Shown one piece after another: positions 35,561-47,777 of a stretch of DNA of 64,000 nucleotides (position 1 is its first letter; the number at the start of each line of letters is the position of its first letter). The notes beneath the pieces were generated by a model. That model made no database searches and was not told the origin of the DNA. It saw nothing but the letters and a program-made list of their open reading frames with translations. Origin of the DNA: Lama guanicoe (lineage: Eukaryota); contig MU053994.1 of NCBI GenBank assembly GCA_013239625.1, forward strand, positions 1,491,775-1,555,774, given 5' to 3'. A program made the translations under genes and the position numbers.

Positions 35561-36116
35561 GATGAAGAGATGAATTAGGCATGGAACCTCTGCCTTCAAA
35601 GAACTCGCCACCTTATGGGAAAGACAAACAGGCCAACAGTCTAACCAGCTCAGAGCTGTATACAAACTGCCCAGGGGCATGTAATTCACCCTGGGCTGGG
35701 ACACTTGGAAGATGAGTGACATCTTCCAGGAACACGTGATATTTGGGCCAAGACTCAAAGGATGTGTATTCCTCAGGCCGAAAAGGAGGAGCAATGAACT
35801 TCAGGAAGCCCAAGTGGCAAGCCCCAGGTGTGCAAGGCAATGTGCAGCGAAGCACAGGCCGCCTGGTGTGGCCAAAGCTTTGGCCGCTTTACAGGGAGCA
35901 GTGGGCGATCTGGCCAGAATGTAGGCTGGGGCCAGATTGTGCCGAAACTGGAATATACCAGAAAGAAGCGTTTGCATTGCAGCCCCCAGGAGGCAATGGG
36001 GACCCATTTAAATAGTGACATGCTCTGAGCTTTAGAAAGCTCACTCAGAGAGCAGCTTGGAGGGTGGGTTGGATGGTGTCAGGTGAAATTGGAGCCCAAG
36101 GATCATGATTAGGAGG

Positions 36117-36495
36117 CGTGTCAGTCAGGCTCTGGGAAGGAAGCAGATGGCATTCTGAAAAGGAGTGGAAGAGCTCCCAGACACCAGCGAGTCCCATGGC
36201 TACAGAAGAGGGCCACTCGCTGGAGCTGGGGGCTCAGGTAGAGGAAAGCAGCCACGGCCAGCCTGACCCTGGCGGGAAGGAGGAGGGAGCCAGGGGAACA
36301 AAGCCTCCAGCCTCTCTGCCTGCCTGCTCTCTTAACCTCCCGCCAGAGATGCCCGTGGGTCAAATCCACCCAGAAGCCGGGTGACAGGGTTGCCCAGTTG
36401 GTGCCCCCCACAGAGGTCTGCCTTTTGGGGCTCAGAGCAGGGTGGAGAAGCACAAAAGGTGGGTCTGGCAGGGCAAAGAAGGTGCCCAGCGCAGG
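36117..36495 (-). mobile_element. Ancient ERVL-type LTR fragment
   Basis: gtgtcagtcaggctctgggaaggaagcagatggca..cccgtgggtcaaatccacccagaagcc. Confidence 0.5.
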
Positions 36496-36633
36496 AAGCC
36501 CCTGCAGTCAGCCAGGTGGGTGTTCAGGCGGTGAAGTCTGGGGAGGCTGAGGCACTCCCTGGTGGAGGTGGTGAGCAATTGGAGGACACTGGGCTGCCAT
36601 TAAAGGGTCATTTCTTGGGTGCTGCTCTCTCTC

Positions 36634-36778
36634 TTTTTTTTTTTAAGATATTATTTTTTAAAAAAAATTTGGGGAGAGGTAATTAAGTTTATTTTAATTT
36701 ATTTTTTAACGGAGGTCCTGGGGATTGAACCTCGTGCATGCTAAGCAAGGGCTCTACCACTGAGCTCTGCCCTCCCCC
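36634..36778 (-). mobile_element. tRNA(Ala)-derived SINE, Vic-1-like
   Basis: Reverse complement reads gggggaggcagagctcagtggtagagcccttgcttagcatgcacgaggttcaatccccagg, followed by an aaacttaattacctctcccc motif and an A-tail. Confidence 0.85.
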
Positions 36779-37199
36779 AGTGCCGATCTCTTCTAATGAG
36801 CACATACCTCTATGAGAGGTAAGGTTTTGTTTATTACCAACCTCTAATTTTAGTGTTAAATGGAGTGTTGAGAGCAAAGCCTCAACGAACCTTGGAGAGA
36901 AAGAACCTTGTGGAGAGGCGCCACCATAGATCTCCATGGAGCCAGGCTGGAACCTTGGTAGCCACAGGGTAACAGGAGGCGATGGGAGGCAGCACAACTC
37001 TGGGGACAAAGGGCTAAGGAAAGAGAGTGGGAGAACCCCAGAGAGCTGCTTTGCCTGGGCCGCAAGTGCCAAGGATTGATCTTACCTAGGAGTCTGTAGG
37101 ATCACACAGAAAGAGACCAGCTTCATGGAAACCTACCTGCTGTGCACACACAGTGCCTGCCGCCACGCACACACAGGCAGTTCACAAAGATAACCCCTC

Positions 37200-37602
37200 T
37201 GTATCAGTCTGGTCGGGCTGCAGTAACAAAGCAAACTGAGTGGCTTAAACAGCAAGGCTATACTGTCTCACAGCTCTGGAGGTGAGAAGTCCAAAGTCAA
37301 GATGTGGCAGGGGCCATGCTCCTTCTGTAGGCATGAGTGAAGGGTTTGTTCCAGGCCTCTCTCTACTTCCTGATGGTTCCTTGGTGGTGGTAGCATAAAT
37401 CCAATCCTCACGTGGTGTTCTCCCTGTGTGTGTCTCCCTGGGTCCAAATTCTCCTTTTTTAAAAGGACACCAGTCATGTTGGATCAGGGCTCACATCTCA
37501 TTGTAACTGTCTGCAAAGACCCCGTTTCCAAATAAGGTCACACTCTGAGGGACTGGGGGTTAGGACATGTCTTTTGAAGGGGACACAGTTCAACTCATAA
37601 CA
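37200..37602 (-). mobile_element. MaLR MLT1B/C-like solo LTR
   Basis: tgtatcagtc..gggctgcagtaacaaa..tggcttaaacagca..tttccaaataaggtcacactctgagg..caactcataaca. Flanked by cccctc on both sides. Confidence 0.9.
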
Positions 37603-37899
37603 CCCCTCCACACTCACAGGGAGTTGATGTGACCTGTCTCTCCCTAAGCCAGTCTTTGTATGGGGTCCGAGGAGTCTTGGGGATGTTGAGAGCATTAACT
37701 CAGCAATCCTCCCTAGGGCCACAGAGCATAGGGCTGACATGAGCCCACAGGGAAGAAGTCCTTCCTGGAGGCTCCCAAAGCAGTTCTTAAAATTAGACAC
37801 ACACAAAAGATAGGCATAGAGATCCACAATTGAATTTCAAATATCCTGAAACTACAACAGGAATGTGGTACCATTTCTTAAGTGTTTGAGTCATGCCAA

Positions 37900-38300
37900 T
37901 GTCTGGTGCTTGGATTCCCCGCAAGCAGACCCTGAGACAAGGATTTGGGTGCAATAATTTATTTGAGAGGTGATCTAGGAGGCACTGTGAGGGGGTGGAA
38001 CTGTGACAGAGGGAAGGAAGGAAAGCCAGTGGATGGGGGAGTGATGAGTGATTTACCATGGCGGGTGACTGAGCTCAGTGCCTCTGGAGGCATCTGAGAG
38101 ACTGTGTAGAGCATGCCTGGATGCGGAAACTGGGGTTTTATCCATCAACTCCCATCTCTCACTGGTGGAGGGGTCCTGCAGGGCCGAAACACACGCTTAG
38201 GCAGAAAGGTGCAGGAAGCCACAAGCTGATAGGAGCCAATTGCACTTTGCCTCCGGGGTGGGCAGCAGGCATGTGGGCAGAGCTTCTGCCGGCCCCAGGC
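37900..38300 (-). mobile_element. ERVL LTR33-like solo LTR
   Basis: ggattccccgcaagcagaccctgagacaaggatttgggtgcaataatttatttgagaggtgatc. Confidence 0.8.
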
Positions 38301-38329
38301 GTGGCCCTTAAACTCGGCACAGAAGTATG

Positions 38330-38480
38330 AAGTCGACACTATTACCTTCACTTTGCAGATGAGGAAACTGAGGCTCAGGGGATTCCAAAACAATCTAAAA
38401 TTCACCAGTGAGTGGTTCATCCAGAGTTAGAACTCATTTCTATATGACTTTTAAGCCAATATTCTTAACCACAAAACTTT
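38330..38480 (-). mobile_element. MIR SINE fragment
   Basis: attaccttcactttgcagatgaggaaactgaggctcag. Confidence 0.8.
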
Positions 38481-39409
38481 ACAACTGTTGGACTGATACG
38501 TGTTTTGTGTTATGTTATTGTAAAAAGATGAGACTTTTTATTTTCTCAGTTAGGTTGGGAGCTAATGCTGACACAAATTAGAAACCCAGTGATCACCAGC
38601 CGACAGCTCACGCCCCAGTTGTCGGGCTTTTGAATGTGAGCGTAATTCTCCTGGGCTTCTTTACAAAACTCCGTAAGATTTGTTTCTGAAGAGAGATGCT
38701 GGAAGGGAGAGGCCCCCGCCTGGACCCCCTCCTGAGGTCTATAGGGGAGTGTGTCTGGACGGCAGGACAGAGGCCCACAGCAGCCACACCCAAGTTCCAG
38801 TTGGCGGCCATGTGGTCCTTGGCCTTTGTGGGCTCTCCCTTTTTCAGGCTTGGTCTTGCCTGTCCCTTCCCAGCTGTTCCTGAGGCCTGAGGCGGCGGGG
38901 AGACCCTGCCAAGGGGCTGCTTAAGTCTCTCACCACCTACCGCTGTGATGACATTCTCCCCTGGTTGGCGTGGAGTGACAGTGATAGATTAAACGCACCA
39001 ATTAAATTAGATCCTATTTTAAAGAGCTTGAGCTGGATTTACTTTTAATTATAGTGCTGTGCTCGCTGATGAGGTATTGTCGAGGACTTAACAATTGGTT
39101 GATTGTGCATCCGAGTGTTCAGAGCGCAGTTTCTGGGGAGAGACCGGGGAGGGCTTTCTTCCTAAGGAGCAGGCAGGGAGGGAGGGAGCGAGGTGAGGAT
39201 GTCCTATCTCCACTGAGAATCCATCTCTCTTCTCCTTGTTTTCTGCTTTATGAGTCCCTTGTTACTTGGAGAGTCAATGAGCCCAGTGCAGGGTAGAGAA
39301 AGGGGCCAGAGGCCATGGAGTTGCACTGGCTTGGGGTCCATCTGGCCTCTATCCCACTTGACTTAATGTTTTCCCTGGGCCAAGGTAACTAACCTGTCCT
39401 GTCTCCTTT

Positions 39410-39775
39410 CAGTGATTCATTTATTCATCTCAACAAGGGTTTATTGAGCTTCTAGAATGCGCTGGCACTGTTCTAGGCATTTGGAATAGAGTGGTGGACA
39501 AAACAGGAAAAAAATCTCTGTCTTCATGGAGCTCACATTCTGATGGAGGGGGTGGAAATAAAACATATTATGGAACATCAGGTAGAGATAAATGCTGAGA
39601 GGAAAGTAAAGCAAAGCAAAGGCGTGATGGGCAGGAGATTCTATTTCACACAGTGGTCAGGGAAGCTCTCTCTGAGGGTGTATTTGAGCAAATTTCTGAA
39701 ACAAGGTGGGAATCTTTGAGGGGCTGAGCAGTGTGGGTATCTGGGAGGAACAGCATTCTAGGCAGAGAGAGCAGG
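39410..39775 (-). mobile_element. LINE-2 3' end
   Basis: attcatttattcatctcaacaagggtttattgagc..ggcactgttctaggcatttgg..ttcatggagctcacattct. Confidence 0.85.
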
Positions 39776-40443
39776 GCCTCCTGGTCCGGTGCTGTCCCGT
39801 TGCCCCCCAGATCCCGTGCCATGCTACCAGCTAAGCCCTATGCATGTAACCCCTTCTCTCTGCCTTGAGGAAGGATCTTTGTGATCGCTCTACTGGGGTC
39901 CAGTCCCTGGAGGTGCTGATCTACAAACTTGTCTGGCTCCATGAGGGAGTGCAGTCCCCACACACTGATTAAAGGACACATCCTTCCAGTCCCCTTGGAG
40001 GACACTTCTTTTGGGACCCAACTCTTGTAGTAATGAGAGAGAAGGAAAGTTCAGAACAAAGACCCATGAGCCAAGTTTACGTGCACAGGTGTACTTGGAA
40101 ACTGTCAAATCCAGATGCTTGGATTTGGGTTCCTGTTTTGTCACTTACAAATCAAGGCAACTTGAATAAATCTCTCATCCTTCTAAGCTACAGTTTTGCC
40201 ATCTGTGAAATATAAAATGAGTCCATTGTATTAGGCCTATGGTATCTTGGAGCTAAGGGCAAGGGTTGAGAGGAAAGACAGAGAATCATGGAATCATGAA
40301 AAGGGAGAGGGAAAAGGCCTAGAAGGAGATCAGAGAAGCCCCCAGATTTAGCTCTTGGGCATAGAGAGTTTTCAGAAATCTTTATCTTCAGTTTAGAAGT
40401 GACAGCCCCATCAGGGGCTGGGGTAGCAGAGAAGTTCTTCCCC

Positions 40444-40875
40444 TGACTCAGTTTGGACCCCAAAAGCAGAACTAAGGTAAGGATTCAAGTGCAAGCAGTT
40501 AGCTTGGGAAGTGAGCCCAAAACACACTAGTAGGGAGAGTGAGTAAGTGAGACACGACATCACTCAGCCAGTGACCACTGTGGGGATGCTGTGATCCATG
40601 TAGAACACAGCTCAGTGTTCTCCCACGTGATGGCAGGGAGTCAGGGCATTTATGCACACAGTCCTGCCGCTCAGTGGTTGAAGGTTGCTCTAGGGCACTG
40701 GGAGGGGTGTTAATACTCTGACATTCCTGACCCCCAGCAGCAACAGGCAAAGTATACTTCTAGGCTTCAGAAAGCCCCTGAGATTTAAACTAAAAATCAA
40801 GGAGCTGGTAGTTGAAAGTTGAGTGGCATTCACTAAAGTAAATTGGGGTAAGACTCTGATAGCAGGCCTCTTATA
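40444..40875 (-). mobile_element. ERVL LTR33-like solo LTR
   Basis: cagtttggaccccaaaagcaga..ggattcaagtgcaagcagtt..gtgaccactgtggg..gaaagcccctgag. Confidence 0.75.
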
Positions 40876-43800
40876 GCCCTTGAAACAGGCACCACCTCCC
40901 AGATAGGCCTTGCAGGCAGGGGGCCCTGAGCTGGGGTACCACACCCACACCAGAGAAGGCTGCTTCTCAGCGGCAGGTGGCCAGTCTGCTCCCTAGCCCG
41001 AAGCCCACACACATGTGGTCAGGCCTCTGGCCTTTGGGAAGTAGCAGGGACAGGAATCAGGAAAGGAAAGCCTGGCTGAGAGAGACTGAGCTTAGTGCCC
41101 CAGGAAGTTCAGTACGCCGTGGAAACACCGTGTGCTCAGCCCCACAGACGGCGGACAAGCCTGGCAGATGGAGGCATCTCTGTGTGATGCCCCCTTCAGG
41201 GCACGCCGTGCCCTGACTGGTGAGATAGTGGCTGATGGTATTACCATGACAACCAACAAAAGCCCACTGAAGGATGCTCTAGTGATGGAAGAGAGGAAGT
41301 GGAGACCAGGATTCCAGGGAGTATAGGTGGCCAGAGCCAAAGACAGTTGATTTTCCTTGCTCTTGACATCGTAATTGTGACCCGTATTACGCACACACAC
41401 ACTCCGCCCTAAGCTGGTTGGGGCCCAGGAAAGCACCTGTCACAATGTTGTGCTGACTTGCTGTGTAAGCAGAAATGAGTGGGTGTCTCTGTTTTCCCCT
41501 CCATCAAATGATTCAGATGGTACTGGTTCCTTGGCCTCCACCGTGGGAGGCGGCAAGAGCTGATGCAAGAACGTCTGGGAGGCATTTGGAGCATCTTGAA
41601 AGAAAGAAGTTGTCAAGAATTCCTGTTATGAGATGCTAAAGTTTTTTTTCTTTCCTTTTGCATGTGAAACCTTAAGAGTTTTCAGATTGCATTGACGATA
41701 TTTCAAACCAGCAGCTGTTCTGAGACCTCAAGCTATCCAGAACTGTTGACCACAAAGTTAAGGTACAAATAAAATCTGAATTAAGGAGATTGTCTTCCGA
41801 GTTACGGCCAGATTCCAGGTTGGATCTGAAAAGCCTCCTCCCTGGCCAGCTTCCTGCACGGACCCCCGGGCTCACATAGCTCTGGGCCACTGCATATTCC
41901 TTGCCATTAGATACTAAAAACAGGAAATGAAGGGGCCAGTCGGGGGATGGTAAGGCTTGAAACAACTTCAGAGAACAAGCTGGTGAAGTCATAGATCTTA
42001 TCTCCCTGCCTTTTCCACATCGGGTTTCTTTAAAGATAAGGTCATGAATCAAAACGTTCTGCCTTTTTTTTTTTAAGATGGAAGCAGAGGAGGATTTCTT
42101 TAATACCTCCTTCCCTCCCAGTGTCTCCAAAGATAACCAGATGAGAGAAATGCCTCATGATCTTGCGCACGTGCATGTAAAATGCGATTACAGGACAATT
42201 TCCCCATCTTGGTCCCTGAGGGCTGGCGGAAGAGTGGGAGGAGGGAGGAGGCCGGGGAAGGAGAGGCGGCAGGTAGCCACTGGGGCCCTGCGTGACTGTT
42301 GTTGATGGTGATGTCTTTGTCGTCTTGTTTTATTAAGACTGGGCTCAAGCCAGAGGGGACATCATGGGCCTCTGCCCAGTTTGTGCCATAGAACTAAATG
42401 AAGGTGACTGTCAGGAGCTGGGAGAAAGGGGGCAATGTTGTGTGTCTGGGGCCTGCGTGGGAGATGTGGGGCACACCTGGCAGGAATGCTGGCCCTGTGG
42501 GAGACCCTTCTGGCTGGGCTGGGCCAGGCAGCAGTATTATATTGAGACCAACTGAAAGCAACATTTGTCCCAGAGAACAAATGTGAGATGGGTGGAGGAA
42601 GGCAGGAAGGCATCCCAATTGGCCACTTAGGTCTGAGGGATGAGGCCAGAAAAACGAGCCATGAGGCATAGAGGGGCACAGGGATGGTGGGATGCGGGGA
42701 TGGGGCAGCTCCAGGAGCAAAGCCCTTAGGGTGTAGTGACTAATGACAAAGGTTTTGGGACCTACAGACTGCATGGGACCCGAATGTTTGCATTGGTTTG
42801 ATTTGATTTGGTTTGATTTGTAACATTGATCAATACCTAGATCATGGGGTTGTTGTGGTGATTAAACAAATTAACGTTTTAAAAAGTGCTTGAGATAGTG
42901 AACTGTGCAGGGTGCTTTAAGGATGTATTTATGTAGTTCCAGCAAAACTGTGCTGAGGGAGGGGAGAGGCTGCCAGGTTAAAGGGAGAACACAAAGGTAC
43001 ACGCGAAGCTTATTTATGAAACAGCTTCTATGGCCTTTTGTTGAACCTGGAGAACAATTTACATCTGGCAAAGCAAAACTGATGAGCAAGAGATTCTGGG
43101 TTTTGTGAGCTGTTTGGGGCAGCCCACTGGGAAAGGAGGCCCCTGGACTCTTTTAAGCAGTAGACACCTGGCCTTGGCCCTACCCCACTCTACCAAGTGT
43201 GATGGATGTGGATCAGGCCTTAGAGAAGCCAGGCTTCCCTCTTGAGGCATTTAGGAAAGAGGAACTTGCAGGAAATGAAGTAAGAAGAAGAGATTGTGGG
43301 GTGAGAGGGACTGAAGAGGGATGGCAGAGAGACTACAGCAAGGGTTGTGGTGGGGGGAGTTATGCAGTGCACAACCTGTGCAGCTGTACAGGGGAGCCCA
43401 GGAGCGGGGATGTGAGAAGACTTGGAACGAATTAGAGAAGAGAAGGGCAATAGACAGGGCAGCAGAGAGGGACACAGGGGATGGCTGTTCCAGATTTGAT
43501 TTCATGGACAACCCAAGAGAATGGCAAGTCTGTTGGAGTTCTTTTTTCTGCTGAAAAGTTTAACATAAATGAAAAAGAACAGGCCACAGGCCATGTGCTT
43601 GTCCCAAAAGAAGGAAGGAGAGAAGATGAATTAGTTTCCCTGGGAGAAGGACTTAGCAAATGGGTTATTGTCCTCTTTCCCTCACACCACGCCTCTCCTT
43701 GGGGGCCAGAATGGGAAGAAGGCTCCTTAAACTCTCCTATCTCTGCTCACAGGCCCTATGTTCCCACCTCCCCCCAGCCCCCAGGCCCTGGAGAGCTCAC

Positions 43801-44097
43801 TTCTGATTAGGGCAGAGCCTCCTAGGTTCACGTTCCCAGATGGGTACTGGCCTTTGAAATCCCCTTCCAGGTGAACAGAAGCTTCTAAGTGAGGTATTTT
43901 AATAACCTTTCTCCAGGCATCTTGGAGCAGCCTGGAATTCCCACTGGACTCCTAGGAACCAGTCTCTTCTAGGTAGGAGAGCGGGTGATTGGAATTCTTT
44001 ACATGCAGCTCACGAGTTCAGGATGCCTCCACCACTATGCCCAGGAGGAGCCAGGATGGCTTTTCAGAGTAAGGGGCACCAACTCCATCCTCTTTGT

Positions 44098-44270
44098 CAG
44101 TGATTCTCAGACCTGGCTGCTCATTAGAGTCAACGGGGAAGCTAAAAAATTCCGTACCCAGTTACCACCCTGAACCAATAGAATTAGAATCTCTTAAGCA
44201 TGGGGCCCAGGCATCTCCATTTCTTAAAAGCTCTTCCAGGTAATTGTAACAAGCAAAGTTGGTAAATTAC
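44098..44270. mobile_element. MER5A-like hAT-Charlie MITE
   Basis: cagtgattctcagacctggctgctcattagagtca..ttagaatctct..ggggcccaggcatc..ttaaaagctc..ccaggtaatt. Confidence 0.75.
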
Positions 44271-44355
44271 TCCTCTAAGCACCTAAGTGACTCCAAGTAG
44301 CAACTCACTTCCTCCCTGTGTACCCACCAGCAAAACAAGGGAGTTGGACAGAGGG

Positions 44356-44627
44356 AGAATTGGGTAGGAAAAAAGAGGGAAGGAGAAGAAATAGAAGGAA
44401 GTGGAGGGAGGGAGGGAGGGAGGGAGGGGGGAGAAGAATTGGGTAGGAAAAAAGAGGGAAGGAGAAGAAATAGAAGGAAGTGGAGGGAGGGAGGGAGGGA
44501 GGGAGGGAGGAGAGGGTACAGGAGGAGGTGGAGGTTGGGAGGGAGGCAAGGGAAGGGCATAGGGAAAGGAAGGGAGAGGGGAAAGGCAGGAAAAAGGAGG
44601 AGAAGAGGGAAAGGAGAAAGAGAAGGG
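44356..44627. repeat. Polypurine tract with a 79-bp tandem duplication and (GGAG)n runs
   Basis: agaattgggtaggaaaaaagagggaaggagaagaaatagaaggaagt(ggag)n starts at both 44356 and 44435. Confidence 0.9.
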
Positions 44628-45177
44628 GCTGTGGTTAAGAGACGAGAAAGGTCATTAGCTCCACGGAGAGCATCCAGTTTGCAGCTTCCCTGGTGATTAA
44701 CCTTAAGCCAAAGACACCAATGAACCAGCAAGAATGCAAAGCCCTTGCAACAAGCCAAATTCTATCCCCCAAAGAGGCATGTCTCCACATGAAAGAGTAT
44801 GGCTACCGAAGTCCAAGGAGATTTTGTCATCCAGTGGAAAGCTTTTTCAATTCAGGTGAAGCATTTCCAAAGTGAAGAATCCTCTAAATTCAGCCTGAAA
44901 CTGGTGTGCATCAACTCACAAAGACATAGTCCTCCATCACACACACTCCAGTCTGCCCAGAGCTCGGCTTCCTTTCTCCATCTTTCCATCCCCCACATAC
45001 CACTATTCTCCCTTAGCTGCACTGAGTCTCAAGCATTTCCTAGATACCCAGGTGGGAGGCTCATTCCCCGTCCCTGAGGGGAACCTCTTTACTCACCTCC
45101 TACCAACAGCCTCCTTTCAGCCAAGAATTGGTCTGGACATGACTGGCGAACCCATTTACAGAAACGCAGTTGCCCAG

Positions 45178-45700
45178 TGTGTCAGTTAAGGCAACACTAG
45201 CACCAGCTTAACACAATAGAAGTTTATTTCTTCTGCAGGGAAAGTTCAGTTGGTGGCAGAGGCTGGGACTCTGCTTCACACAGTCATTGAGGGACTTAAA
45301 CCAATGGCGAGCTCTACTTCTCTGACAGTAGATACCTAATTCCTTTAGTTCAGAGTGGGATATGGGCAGTCAGTTTTTAGTAAATTTTTTTTATGTTCCC
45401 TTGATGGCTAAGGGGCACCCAGGGCTGAGAAACCTCTGTCTTCCAGCATCACCCTGGGAATCAACCTCCAACCACCAAATGTGGAAAATGGAAGAAATAG
45501 ATCAAAAGACTATGTGGGAAGTCTTTACACGCCAGGCCTGGAAGTAAGATGCATCACTTCTGTCTACATCTCATTGGCCAGAAGTCAGTCACATGGCCAC
45601 ACTTAACGCCCTCCCCGCCAGAGACAGCTGGGCAATGTAGTCCATCTGAGTGTCCAAGAGCAAATCAAGTGGATTAAGGGTCATCCCCTAGTCTCTGCCC
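45178..45700 (-). mobile_element. MaLR MLT1J/K-like LTR
   Basis: cttaacacaatagaagtttatttc..cacacagtcattgagggac..catctcattggccagaagtcagtcacatggccacac. Confidence 0.75.
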
Positions 45701-46570
45701 TCCCATATTGCTTTCTCTGAAATATGATCTTAAGCTTAGAGAAAACATCTCAGCTCTTTTTGTTTGCTTGTTTTGTATAACAAAAAGGATATGGAGCCTA
45801 ACAGAGTTAAAAGTTTTAGAAGTTCCCAAGGAAGTTAATGGCACAGCCCCCTACCGAGATAGTCTGGCTGGGAGATTGTACACGGTGCAAGGCTCATTCA
45901 CCCTTGAGCTGAGCTCGGGTTGTAGCCCGAGAACTGATAGATGTTTGAGAAGGGTGTGGTGGGGAGTGGGAAGAGAAGAGTCCCCTAGAACATGATGTGA
46001 GAGGCAAGACTGTGCAAGGTGGAACAGAGCCCAGGGGCAAAAGAAACAACTGAAAGGAGAGAGGGGAGGTGAAGGGCCATAGCTTCAAAAGTGGGTGAGA
46101 CACAGCCCCTGCCTCCAGGAGTTCACAGGCTCTAACGAGAGAGCCAGGTGTGTGTGCACAGCTCCTTGTGGTAAAATGCTAACAGAACGGATGGCTGGCT
46201 CTCATGCTCAGCCTGGTCCTTCGGGCCATGACTGGTGTGAACAGAAGAGAGTGTGTGAGCCAAGGGGAGGGGGGGGGGCAGAATGCCTCTCTGCCAATGC
46301 TGGCTTGCCTAAGGTGGATGTGTAAACCACTGTTTAGGTTCTGGAAGACTCAGATTGGCAAGATGTCTGTGCTTGGGGAACTGAAGACATTCAGAAAGGC
46401 TTCTCTATCCAAGAGCTGAGCCAAAGTCATGTGCTGACCAGACCACATTTGTTGCCCTTTGGTTTTTGCACTTCTAAGCAGGTTAATGAACTAGGAGTGA
46501 TCCAGAAAAGGGTATGTGGAACATTCCATGAGGACTAACTTGAAATGAGGGGCATCTTTAATTTTTCAAG

Positions 46571-46914
46571 TATTTTGGTCTGTTCAGGCTTCTATAATGT
46601 TACCACAGTCCGGGTGGATTAAACAACAAACACTGATTTTTCATGGTTCTGGAGGCTGGAAGTGTGAGATCAGGTTGTCAGCATGGTCCAGTTCTTGGTA
46701 AGCACTCTCCTCCTGGTACACAGATGGCAGGGAGAGAGACCTCTGGTCCCTTCATCTCCTTACAAAGGCTCTAGTCCCATCATGGGGCTCCTCCTGCATG
46801 ACCTCGTCTACACCTGATCACCTCCCAAAAGCTCCACTTCTAAATACCATCACACTGGGGGTTGGGAGTTCAACATATGAATTTGGGGGCAACATAAACA
46901 TTCAGTCCATAGCA
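46571..46914 (-). mobile_element. MaLR MLT1A0-like solo LTR
   Basis: catggttctggaggctggaagtgtgagatcagg..cacctcccaaaagctccacttctaaataccatcacactgggg..acattcagtccatagca. Confidence 0.9.
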
Positions 46915-47199
46915 GCCAGCTAAGGAAAGAGATGAACATCTATAAATACCAAAGGACTGGATGCAGTGCTTCCACCAGGTTCAGACCGAGAGAGGTGGGG
47001 CAGTATCACTGGAAGATGCTAATGAGGCCTTTCTAGGACAGGAAAGGAGGTGCACCCCAGAGAAGGAAACTGAGACTCCTTTCTGCCCAAGAGGTGCTGC
47101 AAGCCTCAAACATGAGCAGAACCAAGAATGCGGGTGGGAAATAGGTGAAGCTGAGGGATGGTGTGTCAGTCATGGGCAGGAAGCCATATTATTTTCTCT

Positions 47200-47777
47200 T
47201 CTTACCCAATTGGAAAACACATACTGCATAAATTACGGATGCACAGCTTAATGATTTTTTACAAACTCAACACATCTGTACAACCAGCTCCCAGATCACG
47301 AGGCAACATGACCAGCATCCTCGAAGCCCCCTTGTATTCCCTTCCTTTTACTACCTATACCAGTGACGGCTATCCTGACTTCCAACAGTCCTGGATTAGT
47401 TGTGCTTGCTTTGTAACTCTGTATGAATGGAATTGTGTGACTATGGACTCTTTTGTGTCTGACTTCATTCACTCAAGATTATGTTCATGAGATTCATCCC
47501 TATTGTTGCACTTAGTTGCAATTTGCTCATCCTCACCACTACATAGTGTTCAGTTGTGCCACCACACCGTGCTGTATTTATCTCTTCTATGGTTAGACAT
47601 TTGAGTCATTTCCAGTATTTGACTATTATGAATACTCTTGTAAGTGACTTTTCCGTGAACATATGCTTGCACTTCTGGTGGGTAGACACCTAGGAGTGGA
47701 ATTGCTGGACAAGAGGTTTGTTGTTTCTTCAGCTTTACTAGATACTTGCAACCAGTTTTCCAAAGCTGCTGTATCAC
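47200..47777 (-). mobile_element. Ancient LINE-1 (L1MB/L1ME-like) 3' fragment
   Basis: Minus ORF 47550-47777 gives decayed ORF2 C-terminus (LWKT..PAIPLLGVYP). Nucleotide motifs tgagattcatcc and cctaggagtggaattgctgg. Confidence 0.85.

Noticed and set aside
41679..41770. Possible cassette exon (ttttcag...aag/gtacaa)
   Set aside because: Weak donor site and short pyrimidine tract. The one open frame I checked gives no recognisable peptide.
44267..44758. Overlapping P/S/L- and R/G/E-rich ORFs
   Set aside because: Translations of the polypurine/polypyrimidine repeat.
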